Source: Macrostomum lignano (lineage: Eukaryota). Taken from it: a stretch of 64,000 nt of DNA. Shown here piece after piece: positions 44,706 to 58,600 of this stretch; within the stretch, counting starts at the first letter, position 1; each line of letters starts with the position of its first letter. Where the stretch lies: the NCBI GenBank assembly GCA_002269645.1, contig NIVC01001552.1, positions 124,001-188,000 on the forward strand, in the 5' to 3' direction. The notes beneath the pieces were generated by a model, which saw only the letters and a list, made by a program, of their open reading frames with translations, ran no database searches and was not told the origin of the DNA. The position numbers and the translations under genes are program-made.

Positions 44706-46124
44706 AAGAAGAGACCATAAGATCAACAATTGAATTATATCTTACCGTGAAAGTTGCAAGTAATTATTTTTTAAAAATATACTCTTCGATTGCAGATAAC
44801 CCAAGAAAAAGAAAATGCGAGCTCTAAAACACTGCAAGACAATATTGTGTATCACGCATGCGTACACTAAATAGCATAGGACTTGGCAAAGCAGCAGCCA
44901 GTGTACAGCCCTTCCTTTATTTGTGGGGGGGGGGGTTGGCGCGACTGGGGAAGGGAGAGAGAAGGACAGGGTTGGGAAAAGAGCGTCCAATAGAAATCCA
45001 CGTGACCTACAAACCCCCGCACGCCTTTGAGTGCAAAGTAAATTTATAATCCAACAGCCAATTGCGAGACCGAGTCAGAGAGAATGACCGAAATATCAAG
45101 AGCGAGAAACTGCTTTAATGGCTTCTCTGTCCATGCCTGCCACTGTACGAAGTCAAGGACTACCATTCAGTTAGAAACTTGGATGGAAAACTGAAGAAAT
45201 TATAGCTTAATGAATGGCGATTGGCGATGGCGCCCCACCCATGAATCCCTATGATGGTAACATTTACATTTTCAGATTTTTAGCGCTCCATTATCGGATA
45301 TTTTAGCGCAGCATTATTAGAGGTTTTAACGCCGCATTATCAGATTTTAGAGACGCATTATCAGAGACATTTAGCGCCACATTATTAGAGATTTTAGCGC
45401 CACATTATTAGAGATTTTAGCGCCGCATTAATAGAACTTTAATAGAGACTTTAAATTCTTTAATTTCGCGCAGACAAGATCTTTCCTGTTTGTTTGCTTA
45501 CGAGAATCCAGACCAGATTCTATTTTTCAGTACTCCCTGACATTGCCGTACACTTCCATTCAGAGGAGGGATTGAGGGCCGGAGTGAGAGACTGTGAACT
45601 GGGGGCGGCGAGAAGTTCAGACTTAAGGATTCGCGACAGACAAAAAACATTTCTTTTAGAAGCAATTACAATTAAAAGATAAGAATAGCTGCAGACACCC
45701 ACGCCTCAATTATGAGCTATTATAGTTTAATTCAATTTAGCATTGCTCTCGCTATATTATAAGATGCGGGTAGTGCAGTTGAGGTGGTTGGTGCGCTTGA
45801 CTGCAGGCCGGGGACGGCTGGTAATTTTCCGTCAGACCAAACCCCATCTCTTAACCCCCGCCGCCCTCAGTTGAGGACAAGGGGGTGAGGGGTGGGGCGA
45901 GAGTGGAAAAACCCCAAACGGAGGGCTAAAAGAAGACAGGCAACACAGAGAAAAAGAAAGCCGGGAAAGAAGAGGGCAAGAAAAAATATGTTGCGTGGGT
46001 ATGAGGGTTCATCAGTTAGTGAACTTATGTTTGAATTTAAAATGTTTAGAATCTTACATTTAACCGAAAGAATTAACATAGATATTTCATAATTGTAATC
46101 TCAAAATGGTTCTTGACTGCAATG

Positions 46125-49100
46125 TCACTGGGATCTGGATTCTGTCACTGGGATCTGGATTCTGTCATTGGGATCTGGATTCTGTCATTGGGATCTGGAT
46201 TCTGTCACTGGGATCTGGATTCTGTCATTGGGATCTGGATTCTGTCATTGGGATCTGGATTCTGTCATTGGGATCTGGATTCTGTCACTAGGATCTGGAT
46301 TCTGTCACTGGGATCTGGATTATGTCACTGGGATCTGGATTCTGTCATTGGGATCTGGATTCTGTCATTGGGATCTGGATTCCGTCACTGGGATCTGGAT
46401 TCTGTCACTGGGATCTGGATTCTGTCACTAGGATCTGGATTCTGTCACTGGGATCTGGATTCTGTCACTAGGATCTGGATTCTGTCACTGGGATCTGGAT
46501 TCTGTCATTGGGATCTGGATTATGTCACTGGGATCTGGATTCTGTCATTGGGATCTGGATTCTGTCACTGGGATCTGGATTCTGTCATTGGGATCTGGAT
46601 TCTGTCATTGGGATCTGGATTCTGTCATTGGGATCTGGATTCTGTCACTGGGATCTGGATTCTGTCACTGGGATCTGGATTCTGACACTGGGATCTGGAT
46701 TCTGTCATTGGGATCTGGATTCTGTCACTGGGATCTGGATTCTGTCACTGGGATCTGGATTCTGTCATTGGGATCTGGATTCTGTCATTGGGATCTGGAT
46801 TCCATCAGTGGGATCTGGATTCTGTCATTGGGATCTGGATTCTGTCATTGGGATCTGGATTATGTCACTGGGATCTGGATTCTGTCACTGGGATCTGGAT
46901 TCTGTCATTGGGATCTGGATTCTGTCACTGGGATCTGGATTCTGTCATTGGGATCTGGATTCTGTCATTGGGATCTGGATTATGTCACTGGGATCTGGAT
47001 TCTGTCATTGGGATCTGGATTCTGTCACTGGGATCTGGATTCTGTCATTGGGATCTGGATTCTGTCACTGGGATCTGGATTCTGTCATTGGGATCTGGAT
47101 TCTGTCATTGGGATCTGGATTATGTCACTGGGATCTGGATTCTGTCACTGGGATCTGGATTCTGTCATTGCGATCTGGATTCTGTCACTGGGATCTGGAT
47201 TCTGTCATTGGGATCTGGATTCTGTCATTGGGATCTGGATTCTGTCATTGGGATCTGGATTCTGTCATTGGGATCTGGATTCTGTCATTGGGATCTGGAT
47301 TCCATCAGTGGGATCTGGATTCTGTCATTTGGATCTGGATTCTGTCATTGGGATCTGGATTCTGTCATTGGGATCTAGATTCTGTCATTTAGATCTGGAT
47401 TCTGTCATTGGGATCTGGATTCTGTCATTGGGATCTGGATTCTGTCACTGGGATCTGGATTCTGTCACTGGGATCTGGATTCTGTCACTGGGATCTGGAT
47501 TCTGTCATTGGGATCTGGATTCTGTCTCTGGGATCTGGATTCTGTCACTGGGATCTGGATTCTGTCACTGGGATCTGGATTCTGTCACTGGGATCTGGAT
47601 TCCATCAGTGGAATCTGGATTCTGTCATTTGGATCTGGATTCTGTCACTGGGATCTGGATTCTGTCATTGGGATCTGGATTCTGTCACTGGGATCTGGAT
47701 TCTGTCACTGGGATCTAGATTCTGTCACTGGGATCTGGATTCTGTCATTGGGATCTGGATTCTTTCATTGGGATCTGGATTCTATCACTGGGATCTGGGA
47801 TCTGGATTCTGTTATTGGGATCTGGATTCTGTCACTGGGATCTGGATTCTGTCATTGGGATCTGGATTCTGTCATTGGGATCTGGATTCTGTCATTGGGA
47901 TCTGGATTCTGTCATTGGGATCTGGATTCTGTCATTGGGATCTGGATTCTGTCACTGGGATCTGGATTCTTTCACTGGGATCTGGATTCTGTCATTGGGA
48001 TCTGGATTCTGTCACTGGGATCTGGATTCTGTCACTAGGATCTGGATTCTGTCACTGGGATCTGGATTCTGTCACTGGGATCTGGATTCTGTCATTGGGA
48101 TCTGGATTATGTCACTGGGATCTGGATTCTGTCATTGGGATCTGGATTCTGTCATTGGGATCTGGATTCTGTCACTGGGATCTGGATTCTGTCATTGGGA
48201 TCTGGATTCTGTCATTGGGATCTGGATTCTGTCATTGGGATCTGAATTCTGTCATTGGGATCTGGATTCTGTCATTGGGATCTGGATTCTGTCATTGGGA
48301 TCTGGATTCTGTCACTGGGATCTGGATTCTATCACTGGGATCTGGGATCTGGATTCTGTCATTGGGATCTGGATTCTGTCACTGGGATCTGGATTCTGTC
48401 ATTGGGATCTGGATTCTGTCATTGGGATCTGGATTCTGTCACTGGGATCTGGATTCTGTCACTAGGATCTGGATTCTGTCACTGGGATCTGGATTCTGTC
48501 ACTGGGATCTGGATTCTGTCATTGGGATCTGGATTATGTCACTGGGATCTGGATTCTGTCACTGGGATCTGGATTCTGTCATTGGGATCTGGATTCTGTC
48601 ACTGGGATCTAAATTCTGTCATTTGGATCTGGATTCTGTCACAGGGATCTGGATTCTGTCACTGGGATCTGGATTCTGTCACTGGGATCTGGATTCTGTC
48701 ACTGGGATCTGGATTCTGTCATTGGGATGTGGATTATGTCATTGGGATCTGGATTCTGTCATTGGGATCTGGATTCTGTCACTGGGATCTGGATTCTGTC
48801 ATTGGGATCTGGATTCTGTCATTGGGATCTGGATTATGTCACTGGGATCTGGATTCTGTCATTGGGATCTGGATTCTGTCATTGGGATCTGGATTCTGTC
48901 ACTGGGATCTGGATTCTGTCACTGGGATCTGGATTCTGTCATTTGGATCTGGATTCTGTCACTGGGATCTGGATTCTGTCATTGGGATCTGGAATTTGTC
49001 ACTGGGATCTGGATTCTGTCACTGGGATCTGGATTCTGTCACTGGGATCTGGATTCTGTCATTGGGATCTGGATTCTGTCATTGGGATCTGGATTCTGTC

Positions 49101-52100
49101 ATTGGGATCTGGATTCTGTCATTGGGATCTGGATTCTGTCATTGGGATCTGGATTCTGTCATTGGGATCTGGATTCCATCAGTGGGATCTGGATTCTGTC
49201 ATTTGGATCTGGATTCTGTTATTGGGATCTGGATTATGTCACTGGGATCTGGATTCTGTCACTGGGATCTGGATTCTGTCACTGGGATCTGGATTCTGTC
49301 ATTGGGATCTGGATTATGTCACTGGGATCTGGATTCTGTCATTGGGATCTGGATTCTGTCATTGGGATCTGGATTCTGTCACTGGGATCTGGATTCTGTC
49401 ATTGGGATCTGGATTCTGTCATTGGGATCTGGATTCTGTCATTGGGATCTGAATTCTGTCATTGGGATCTGGATTCTGTCATTGGGATCTGGATTCTGTC
49501 ATTGGGATCTGGATTCTGTCACTGGGATCTGGATTCTATCACTGGGATCTGGGATCTGGATTCTGTCATTGGGATCTGGATTCTGTCACTGGGATCTGGA
49601 TTCTGTCATTGGGATCTGGATTCTGTCATTGGGATCTGGATTCTGTCACTGGGATCTGGATTCTGTCACTAGGATCTGGATTCTGTCACTGGGATCTGGA
49701 TTCTGTCACTGGGATCTGGATTCTGTCATTGGGATCTGGATTATGTCACTGGGATCTGGATTCTGTCACTGGGATCTGGATTCTGTCATTGGGATCTGGA
49801 TTCTGTCACTGGGATCTAAATTCTGTCATTTGGATCTGGATTCTGTCACAGGGATCTGGATTCTGTCACTGGGATCTGGATTCTGTCACTGGGATCTGGA
49901 TTCTGTCACTGGGATCTGGATTCTGTCATTGGGATGTGGATTATGTCATTGGGATCTGGATTCTGTCATTGGGATCTGGATTCTGTCACTGGGATCTGGA
50001 TTCTGTCATTGGGATCTGGATTCTGTCATTGGGATCTGGATTATGTCACTGGGATCTGGATTCTGTCATTGGGATCTGGATTCTGTCATTGGGATCTGGA
50101 TTCTGTCACTGGGATCTGGATTCTGTCACTGGGATCTGGATTCTGTCATTTGGATCTGGATTCTGTCACTGGGATCTGGATTCTGTCATTGGGATCTGGA
50201 ATTTGTCACTGGGATCTGGATTCTGTCACTGGGATCTGGATTCTGTCACTGGGATCTGGATTCTGTCATTGGGATCTGGATTCTGTCATTGGGATCTGGA
50301 TTCTGTCATTGGGATCTGGATTCTGTCATTGGGATCTGGATTCTGTCATTGGGATCTGGATTCTGTCATTGGGATCTGGATTCCATCAGTGGGATCTGGA
50401 TTCTGTCATTTGGATCTGGATTCTGTTATTGGGATCTGGATTCTGTCATTGGGATCTGGATTCTGTCATTTAGATCTGGATTCTGTCATTGGGATCTGGA
50501 TTCTGTCATTGGGATCTAGATTCTGTCACTGGGATCTGGATTCTGTCACTGGGATCTGGATTCTGTCACTGGGATCTGGATTCTGTCATTGGGATCTGGA
50601 TTCTGTCTCTGGGATCTGGATTCTGTCACTGGGATCTGGATTCTGTCACTGGTATCTGGATTCTGTCACTGGGATCTGGATTCCATCAGTGGGATCTGGA
50701 TTCTGTCATTTGGATCTGGATTCTGTCACTGGGATCTGGATTCTGTCATTGGGATCTGGATTCTGTCACTGGGATCTGGATTCTGTCACTGGGATCTAGA
50801 TTCTGTCACTGGGATCTGGATTCTGTCATTGGGATCTGGATTCTTTCATTGGGATCTGGATTCTATCACTGGGATCTGGGATCTGGATTCTGTTATTGGG
50901 ATCTGGATTCTGTCACTGGGATCTGGATTCTGTCATTGGGATCTGGATTCTTTCATTGGGATCTGGATTCTGTCATTGGGATCTGGATTCTGTCATTGGG
51001 ATCTGAATTCTGTCATTGGGATCTGGATTCTGTCATTGGGATCTGGATTCTGTCATTGGGATCTGGATTCTGTCACTGGGATCTGGATTCTGTCATTGGG
51101 ATCTGGATTCTGTCACTGGGATCTGGATTCTGTCACTAGGATCTGGATTCTATCACTGGGATCTGGATTCTGTCACTGGGATCTAGATTCTGTCATTGGG
51201 ATCTGGATTATGTCACTGGGATCTGGATTCTGTCACTGGGATCTGGATTCTGTCATTGGGATCTGGATTCTGTCACTGGGATCTGGATTCTGTCATTGGG
51301 ATCTGGATTCTGTCATTGGGATCTGGATTCTGTCATTGGGATCTGAATTCTGTCATTGGGATCTGGATTCTGTCATTGGGATCTGGATTCTGTCACTGGG
51401 ATCTGGATTCTGTCATTTGGATCTGGATTCTGTCACTGGGATCTGGATTCTGTTATTGGGATCTGGATTCTGTCATTGGGATCTGGATTCTGTCACTGGG
51501 ATCTGGATTCTGTCACTGGGATCTGGATTCTGTCATTTGGATCTGGATTCTGTCACTGGGATCTGGATTCTGTCACTGGGATCTGGATTCTGTCACTGGG
51601 ATCTGGATTCTGTCACTGGGATCTGGATTCTGTCATTGGGATCTGGATTATGTCACTGGGATCTGGATTCTGTCACTGGGATCTGGATTCTGTCATTGGG
51701 ATCTGGATTCTGTCACTGGGATCTGGATTCTGTCATTGGGATCTGGATTCTGTCACTGGGATCTGGATTCTGTCATTGGATCTGGATTCTGTTATTGGGA
51801 TCTGGATTATGTCACTGGGATCTGGATTCTGTCACTGGGATCTGGATTCTGTCATTGGGATCTGGATTCTGTCACTGGGATCTGGATTCTGTCATTGGGA
51901 TCTGGATTATGTCACTGGGATCTGGATTCTTTCATTGGGATCTGGATTATGTCACTGGGATCTGGATTCTGTCATTGGGATCTGGATTCTGTCATTGGGA
52001 TCTGGATTCTGTCACTGGGATCTGGATTCTGTCATTGGGATCTGGATTCTGTCATTGGGATCTGGATTCTGTCATTAGGATCTGAATTCTGTCATTGGGA

Positions 52101-53450
52101 TCTGGATTCTGTCATTGGGATCTGGATTCTGTCATTGGGATCTGGATTCTGTCACTGGGATCTGGATTCTGTCATTGGGATCTGGATTCTGTCATTGGGA
52201 TCTGGATTCTGTCACTGGGATCTGGATTCTGTCACTGGGATCTGGATTCTGTCACTGGGATCTGGATTCTGTCATTGGGATCTGGATTCCATCAGTGGGA
52301 TCTGGATTCTGTCATTTGGATCTGGATTCTGTCACTGGGATCTGGATTCTGTCATTGGGATCTAGATTCTGTCACTGGGATCTGGATTCTGTCATTGGGA
52401 TCTGGATTCTGTCACTGGGATCTGGGATCTGGATTCTGTCACTGGGATCTGGGAGCTGGATTCTGTCATTGAGATCTGGATTCTGTCACTGGGATCTGGA
52501 TTCTGTCATTGGGATCTGGATTCTGTCATTGGGATCTGGATTATGTCACTGGGATCTGGATTCTGTCATTGGGATCTGGATTCTGTCACTGGGATCTGGA
52601 TTCTGTCACTGGTATCTGGATTCTGTCACTGGGATCTGGATTCCATCAGTGGGATCTGGATTCTGTCATTTGGATCTGGATTCTGTCACTGGGATCTGGA
52701 TTCTGTCATTGGGATCTGGATTCTGTCACTGGGATCTGGATTCTGTCACTGGGATCTAGATTCTGTCACTGGGATCTGGATTCTGTCATTGGGATCTGGA
52801 TTCTTTCATTGGGATCTGGATTCTATCACTGGGATCTGGGATCTGGATTCTGTCATTGGGATCTGGATTCTGTCACTGGGATCTGGATTCTGTCATTGGG
52901 ATCTGGATTCTGTCACTGGGATCTGGATTCTGTCACTGGGATCTGGATTCTGTCACTGGGATCTAGATTCTTTCACTGGGATCTGGATTCTGTCACTGGG
53001 ATCTGGATTCTTTCATTTGGATCTGGATTCTGTCATTGGGATCTGGATTCTGTCATTGGGATCTGGATTCTGTCATTGAGATCTGGATTCTGTCATTGGG
53101 ATCTGGATTCTGTCATTGGGATCTGGATTCTGTCACTGGGATCTGGATTCTGTCACTGGGATCTGGATTCTGTCACTGGTATCTGGAATCCGTCAGTGGG
53201 ATCTGGATTCTGTCATTGGGATCTGGATTCTGTCATTGGGATCTGGATTCTTTCATTGGGATCTGGATTCTGTCATTGGGATCTGGATTCTGTCACTGGG
53301 ATGTGGATTCTGTCATTGGGATCTGGATTCTGTCACTGGGATCTGGATTCTGTCATTTGGATCTGGATTCTGTCACTGGGAGCTAAATGCGGTCACTGGG
53401 AGCTAAATGCGGTCACTGGGATCTGGATTCTGTCATTGGGATCTAGGTTC
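46125..53450. repeat. ~7.3-kb satellite of 20-bp unit (GGGATCTGGATTCTGTCA[C/T]T)n with higher-order duplications
   Basis: About 365 units. Diagnostic variants recur (TCCATCAGTGGG, GGGATCTGGGATCT insertion), and a block repeats with a 1207-bp period (e.g. 48255 vs 49462). Confidence 0.98.
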
Positions 53451-53464
53451 TATCATTGAGATCT

Positions 53465-53990
53465 TGATCGATAGATCTTCCATAACGACGTTCTCGCCAT
53501 CAGCTCCTGCGCCATGGAGCTGTACAATAAGCGAATCTGGGGAAAGGAGATCACCCTCTCCACTCTGTCAGTCAAGCGGCAATCCCACGCGGCTGGCCCA
53601 TGTCCTTCCTCCGCCCTGCGCAGAGCCCTGCTTGGACTCAACCGCAGGGACATCAGGGTCATGGCTGTTTTGCCAGGCATCGTCACCTTCAGGGAAAATC
53701 CGTAGCGAGGAATGTCCATTCTGTCTCTCGCCGGTGTCGAGAATGCGGAGCACGTCATCTATGAATGCTCCGCCTTTACACAGGACAGGCCCACCTAACT
53801 CGGCTCAAACCCGGACGGACCTCCAACGTTTTTAGGCCCCAGAATCCTGCAATCTCGTCCGCTACCTAAGCGCACCATCCTCCTCCTGGACTCTCCGGAA
53901 AGGGGGACTGCGCTGCGGATACCGGCACCACCGGATCTCCCTGCGCGACTGGGCGACAACGTAACGCAAGTCTTCGATCGCTTTACGAGC
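53465..53990 (+). mobile_element. Degenerate 3' fragment of a LOA/R1-like non-LTR retrotransposon (C-terminal zinc finger plus 3' UTR)
   Basis: Frameshifted [31 protein letters not shown]...ENAEHVIYECSA matches the CCHC tail of LOA/R1-group ORF2. Confidence 0.72.
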
Positions 53991-54069
53991 ATCAGGAATT
54001 TATATTTCTCGTATCAATATGAAACAGGTTTAATTTTTTTTAGTTTTATAAAACTGTTTAAAAATTATT

Positions 54070-54358
54070 ACACCAGCCCAAAGGGACATGTGCAATCGAC
54101 AGCTCAGCCGCAGCTATTGCGCGGCGCATCTGAAGGCTGCGTACGGCTGTGTCAGTCCAAGGACTGGGGGTTGCCACACACATCCTCAATTACCCCAGCT
54201 AATGCTGGCACCCATTTTACAGCTGGGTGACCTGAAGCAATGCAGAGTTAAGTATCTTGCTCAAGGACACGAATTGTTCCTAGTGGGATCGGGAATCGAA
54301 CCCCCGACCTTCAAGCCGCGAGTCCGACGCTCTTACCGCTAGGTAGGCTACAACCCCC
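54070..54358 (-). mobile_element. tRNA-derived CORE-type SINE (copy 2)
   Basis: Clearly homologous to 14773-15080; B-box GGTTCGATTCCC and the same CORE-like centre. Confidence 0.85.
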
Positions 54359-55184
54359 TTGTAAACATAAACAAGTAAATAAACAAGACGCGACAAAAAG
54401 CCAAAAGTCTGTGTTGATTTTGCTCAAACTTCGAATGAACTCCCTTAAGATGTCATAAGTCGGTAAATTAAGTATCAAGCTGTCAGTGTAATCAAAGTAT
54501 AGAGTCTGACTGGCCAGTTGTACTATCCATAAGCTTACTCGTTGATAAATCAATCAATTTATTATCTAGTAAACGTCTATCTATATCAAACCAAGAACTA
54601 CACCAAGCAAAAAAATTAGACTCTAAAAAGGAAAGCAAAGTAAAGGAAGTAAGCAATTATTAAATTCCTAATAAAAACAGCAAATTTAAAAACACAGCGT
54701 TTAAAAAGCAGAAATAAAAAGAACACACATACATATCAATGCTATTTGCTCTGTCAAAAAAAAACAATTAGGTGAAATACAACTACTAGGCAAGCAATTC
54801 CGGTTTGCAGAGCACTGCTAGAAGATGAAGATTATTCATTTTTCGCTCATTTTGCTGCTTTAACAGGGTGCAACGGGACTGCTGCTTTCGCGAAGCAAAG
54901 TGAATAGTTGAGTAGGTTAAAAGACTTTATAACTACTGGAAAAGTAGTAAAAACTCTAGTAAGTGTTTCTAAATAAATTAATATCAATTTATTGACAATG
55001 TAGAGTTTATTGTTAAAGTCAAAAAGGCACAAAAGCTTCAGGAATTTCATTCAAAGCACACAAAAGCCACTACTGATTTATTGATCATTTTTAACTTTGC
55101 TTCTCTCAAAAAGGTTTGTCAGTCAAACATTGAAGCGACAAAAAAAGGGTATACGGTTATTGAGAATTCTTATTAATTTATTGA

Positions 55185-55625
55185 GATAAGAGGGGCGATT
55201 CTCAGTTATTAGAGGGGTTATTATTACATAATAGGGGGGCGATTCTCAGTTATTAGAGGGCGATTCTTACGTAATTAGAGGGGCGATTTTCAGAGAATAG
55301 AGGGCGATTCTGAGATAATAAAGGGGCGATTCTCAGTTAATAGAGGGGCGATTCTCAGTTAATAAAGGGGCGATTCTCAGTTAATAGAGGGGCGATTCTA
55401 AAACATTGAGGGGCCATTCTCAGTTAATGGAGGGGCGATTCTGAGATAATAGATTAGATAGGCGATTCTCAGAGGAGGGGCGATTCTCAAATAATATATT
55501 GGAGGGGCGATTCTCAAATAATATATTGGAGGGGCGATTCTCAGAGAGTAGATTAGAGCCGAGGGGCGATTCTCAGAGAAGGGGCGATTCTCAGAGAGTA
55601 GATTAGAGCCGAGGGGCGATTCTCA
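55185..55625. repeat. Degenerate ~22-bp repeat (AGAGGGGCGATTCTCAGTTAAT)n downstream of the desaturase stop
   Basis: Direct inspection. Confidence 0.88.
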
Positions 55626-55699
55626 GGAAACAGTAACTGTATTTAAAAGTAACCAAAAGATCGGAGTAACGCGACGACAACTGCTAGTAGAACAAGCTC

Positions 55700-58600
55700 T
55701 TATCCCGGCATATAATAGGCTTCAAACCACAGCTCTCCGGACTTCTTCAAGGATCTGATAATGTCGGCAAAGGCTGTGCCAAGCGGCTTCTCAACGTACG
55801 GAATGCCGTGCTTGGAGCAGATGCGCTTCACGTGCGGCTGCACCAGCGGATAGGAGTGACGGGGCATCGTTGGGAACAGGCTGCGGGTTTCAGGTTGGTC
55901 AGGTAATTGAAGCTAATGATTACACTGTTGTATGCATACACTGCTTTGTGCGTGTTTAGCTATTGAAGTGTCTATCACTGTAGTGTGTCACTGAAGTGTG
56001 TGTGTCACTGAAGTGTGTGTCACTGAAGTGTGTGTCACTAAAAGATGATCTGTCACTAAATAGCCTGTCACTGAAAGATGATCTGTCACTAAATAGCCTG
56101 TCACTAAAAGATGATCTGTCACTAAAGAGCCTGTCACTGAAAGATGATCTGTCACTAAATAGCCTGTCACTGAAAGATGAACTATCACTAAATAGCCTGT
56201 CACTGAAAGATGATCTGTCACTAAATAGCCTGTCACTGAAACATGATCTGTCACTAAAGAGCCTGTCACTGAAAGATAATCTGTCTGAAATTGTCACTGG
56301 AGTCACTGGAATTGTTTTGACTACAGGAAGCTTAACTAAACAATGCAATCCCAAACTCACTGGTGCTCAATCTGGTAGTTGAGATGCCCGGTAAACCAAT
56401 CGTTGAAACTGCCGCCCTCAGCGTTCATTGTGGCTTTCAGCTGCATGGAGAACCAGTCGCGACGCTGATCGCGGTCGATGTCCATGGGGATGTGGCTCAT
56501 CTGGGTGCAGGCCACGAACCAGTGCGACTCCAGGTAGCTGGGCAGGTGGGTGAGCAGGAACTTTGATTGTCTTCAATATTATATCGTTGGGATCTGGATT
56601 CTGTCATTGGGATCTGGATTCTGTCACTGGGATCTGGATTCTGTCATTGGGATCTGGATTCTGTCACTGGGATCTGGATTCTGTCACTGGTATCTGGATT
56701 CTGTCACTGGGATCTGGATTCCATCAGTGGGATCTGGATTCTGTCATTTGGATCTGGATTCTGTCACTGGGATCTGGATTCTGTCACTGGGATCTGGATT
56801 CTGTCATTGGGATCTGGATTCTGTCACTGGGATCTGGATTCTGTCACTGGGATCTGGATTCTGTCATTGGGATCTGGATTCTGTCATTGGGATCTGGATT
56901 CTGTCACTAGGATCTGGATTCTGTCATTGGGATCTGGATTCTGTCATTGGGATCTGGATTCTGTCACTGGGATCTGGATTCTGTCATTGGGATCTGGATT
57001 CTGTCACTGGGATCTGGATTCTGTCATTGGGATCTGGATTCTGTCACTAGGATCTGGATTCTGTCATTGGGATCTGGATTCTGTCATTGGGATCTGGATT
57101 CTGTCACTGGGATCTGGATTCTGTCATTGGGATCTGGATTCTGTCACTGAGATCTGGATTCTGTCATTGGGATCTGGATTCTGTCACTGGGATCTGGATT
57201 CTGTCACTGGGATCTGGATTCTGTCATTGGGATCTGGATTCTGTCATTAGGATCTGGATTTTGTCACTGGGATTTGAAGTCTATTTCAGCGTCAGATATT
57301 GATTTCTATATTTAACTTTTGGATGTTATATGTAAAGAGTGCATAAAAATTTCCCTAGAACCCAGCTTACCGGGTGAACATGTACAGGGCAAAGGTGCCC
57401 CACCAGCTGGAGAAGAAGTGATTGAACACGTAGAAAAACTTGGCAAAAAATGACACGGTCCACATCAGGTCGCGAAGATTTCGTCGTTTCAGCGTAAAGT
57501 ACACGTTCTCGAAGTGGAAGTACAGCGGCAGCAGCATCGGGGGTCCCAGCAGCCAGAAGTAGTCGTGCTGCCAGTTGTAGGGCATGAAGCCGCGCTTCTT
57601 CTGACCCCACTCTTTCGGCATTTTGTCTCCTAGCAGGAACACGTACGGCACGCCAATGTCCGGGTCTGTTCCAACTACATTCGGCTTCGAATGATGCAGA
57701 AAGTGACGGAAATTCCACCAGTGCGAGCTGGCGCCTTTCAGATGGCCAACAACCAGTTCGTGACCGATGTGGTTGAGTCGGCGACTGTTGAACACGCTCA
57801 GGTGACCGTAGTCGTGCTGGGCCCAGCCCGCCTGAGAGTTTGAGGATTGACTAAGAGACTTCCTCTCTCCTCCCTTTCACCTCTCCTCTCTCTCCTCTCA
57901 CCTTTCCCCTCCTCCCACCTCTCATCTCTCCCCTCCTCTCACCTCTCATCTCTCCCCTCCTCTCACCTCTCTTTCCCTCTCACCTCTCCTCCCCTTTCAC
58001 CTCTCTTTCCCTCTCCTCTCCTCCCCTTTCACCTCTCTCCTCTTCCCACCTCTCCTCTCTCCTCCCTCCTCTCCTCTCTCCTCCCCTCTCTCCTCCCACC
58101 TCCCTCCTCTCACCTCTCTTCTCTCCCCTCCTCTCACTTCCTCTTACCTCTCCTACCCTCTCACCTTTTAGTATTTTCCCTAAAACTGATCTACAATCCA
58201 ACCCTACAATCGGTCAAAACTTCCGCGATGATCATACCTGAGCTTGAGCGGTGCACAACAGCAGGGCGGCAGCAACAAAGGTCAACAGATTGACGCCCCA
58301 GTGCCACAGGATAAACACGGCAGCCAGCTCAAATAGCCAGCATTGAACCAGATACTTGAAGAAGAAGAAAGGCTTTGTGGCAAACCAGCCAGACGTCTCG
58401 GCTACTTTGCGAAGCTCGCGGAAATCTCTCTGAACTGGTGACTTAAATTTTTATAATGTTTTTAATGATGATTACAAGCCAAAATTCTTTATGGAGTTTA
58501 TTTTTTATAACAAAGAATTGTACTTACTAAGTTATCTTCATAGTCCACAACAACTCCACACTCAAGTGGCTTCATGTACTTCTCAACCAGTGCCTTGTCA

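Noticed and set aside
46106-53459. Long ORFs (up to 754 aa) of [20 protein letters not shown] repeats
   Set aside because: They are the translation of a 20-bp satellite that lacks stops on the plus strand in all three frames, so there is no evidence of coding
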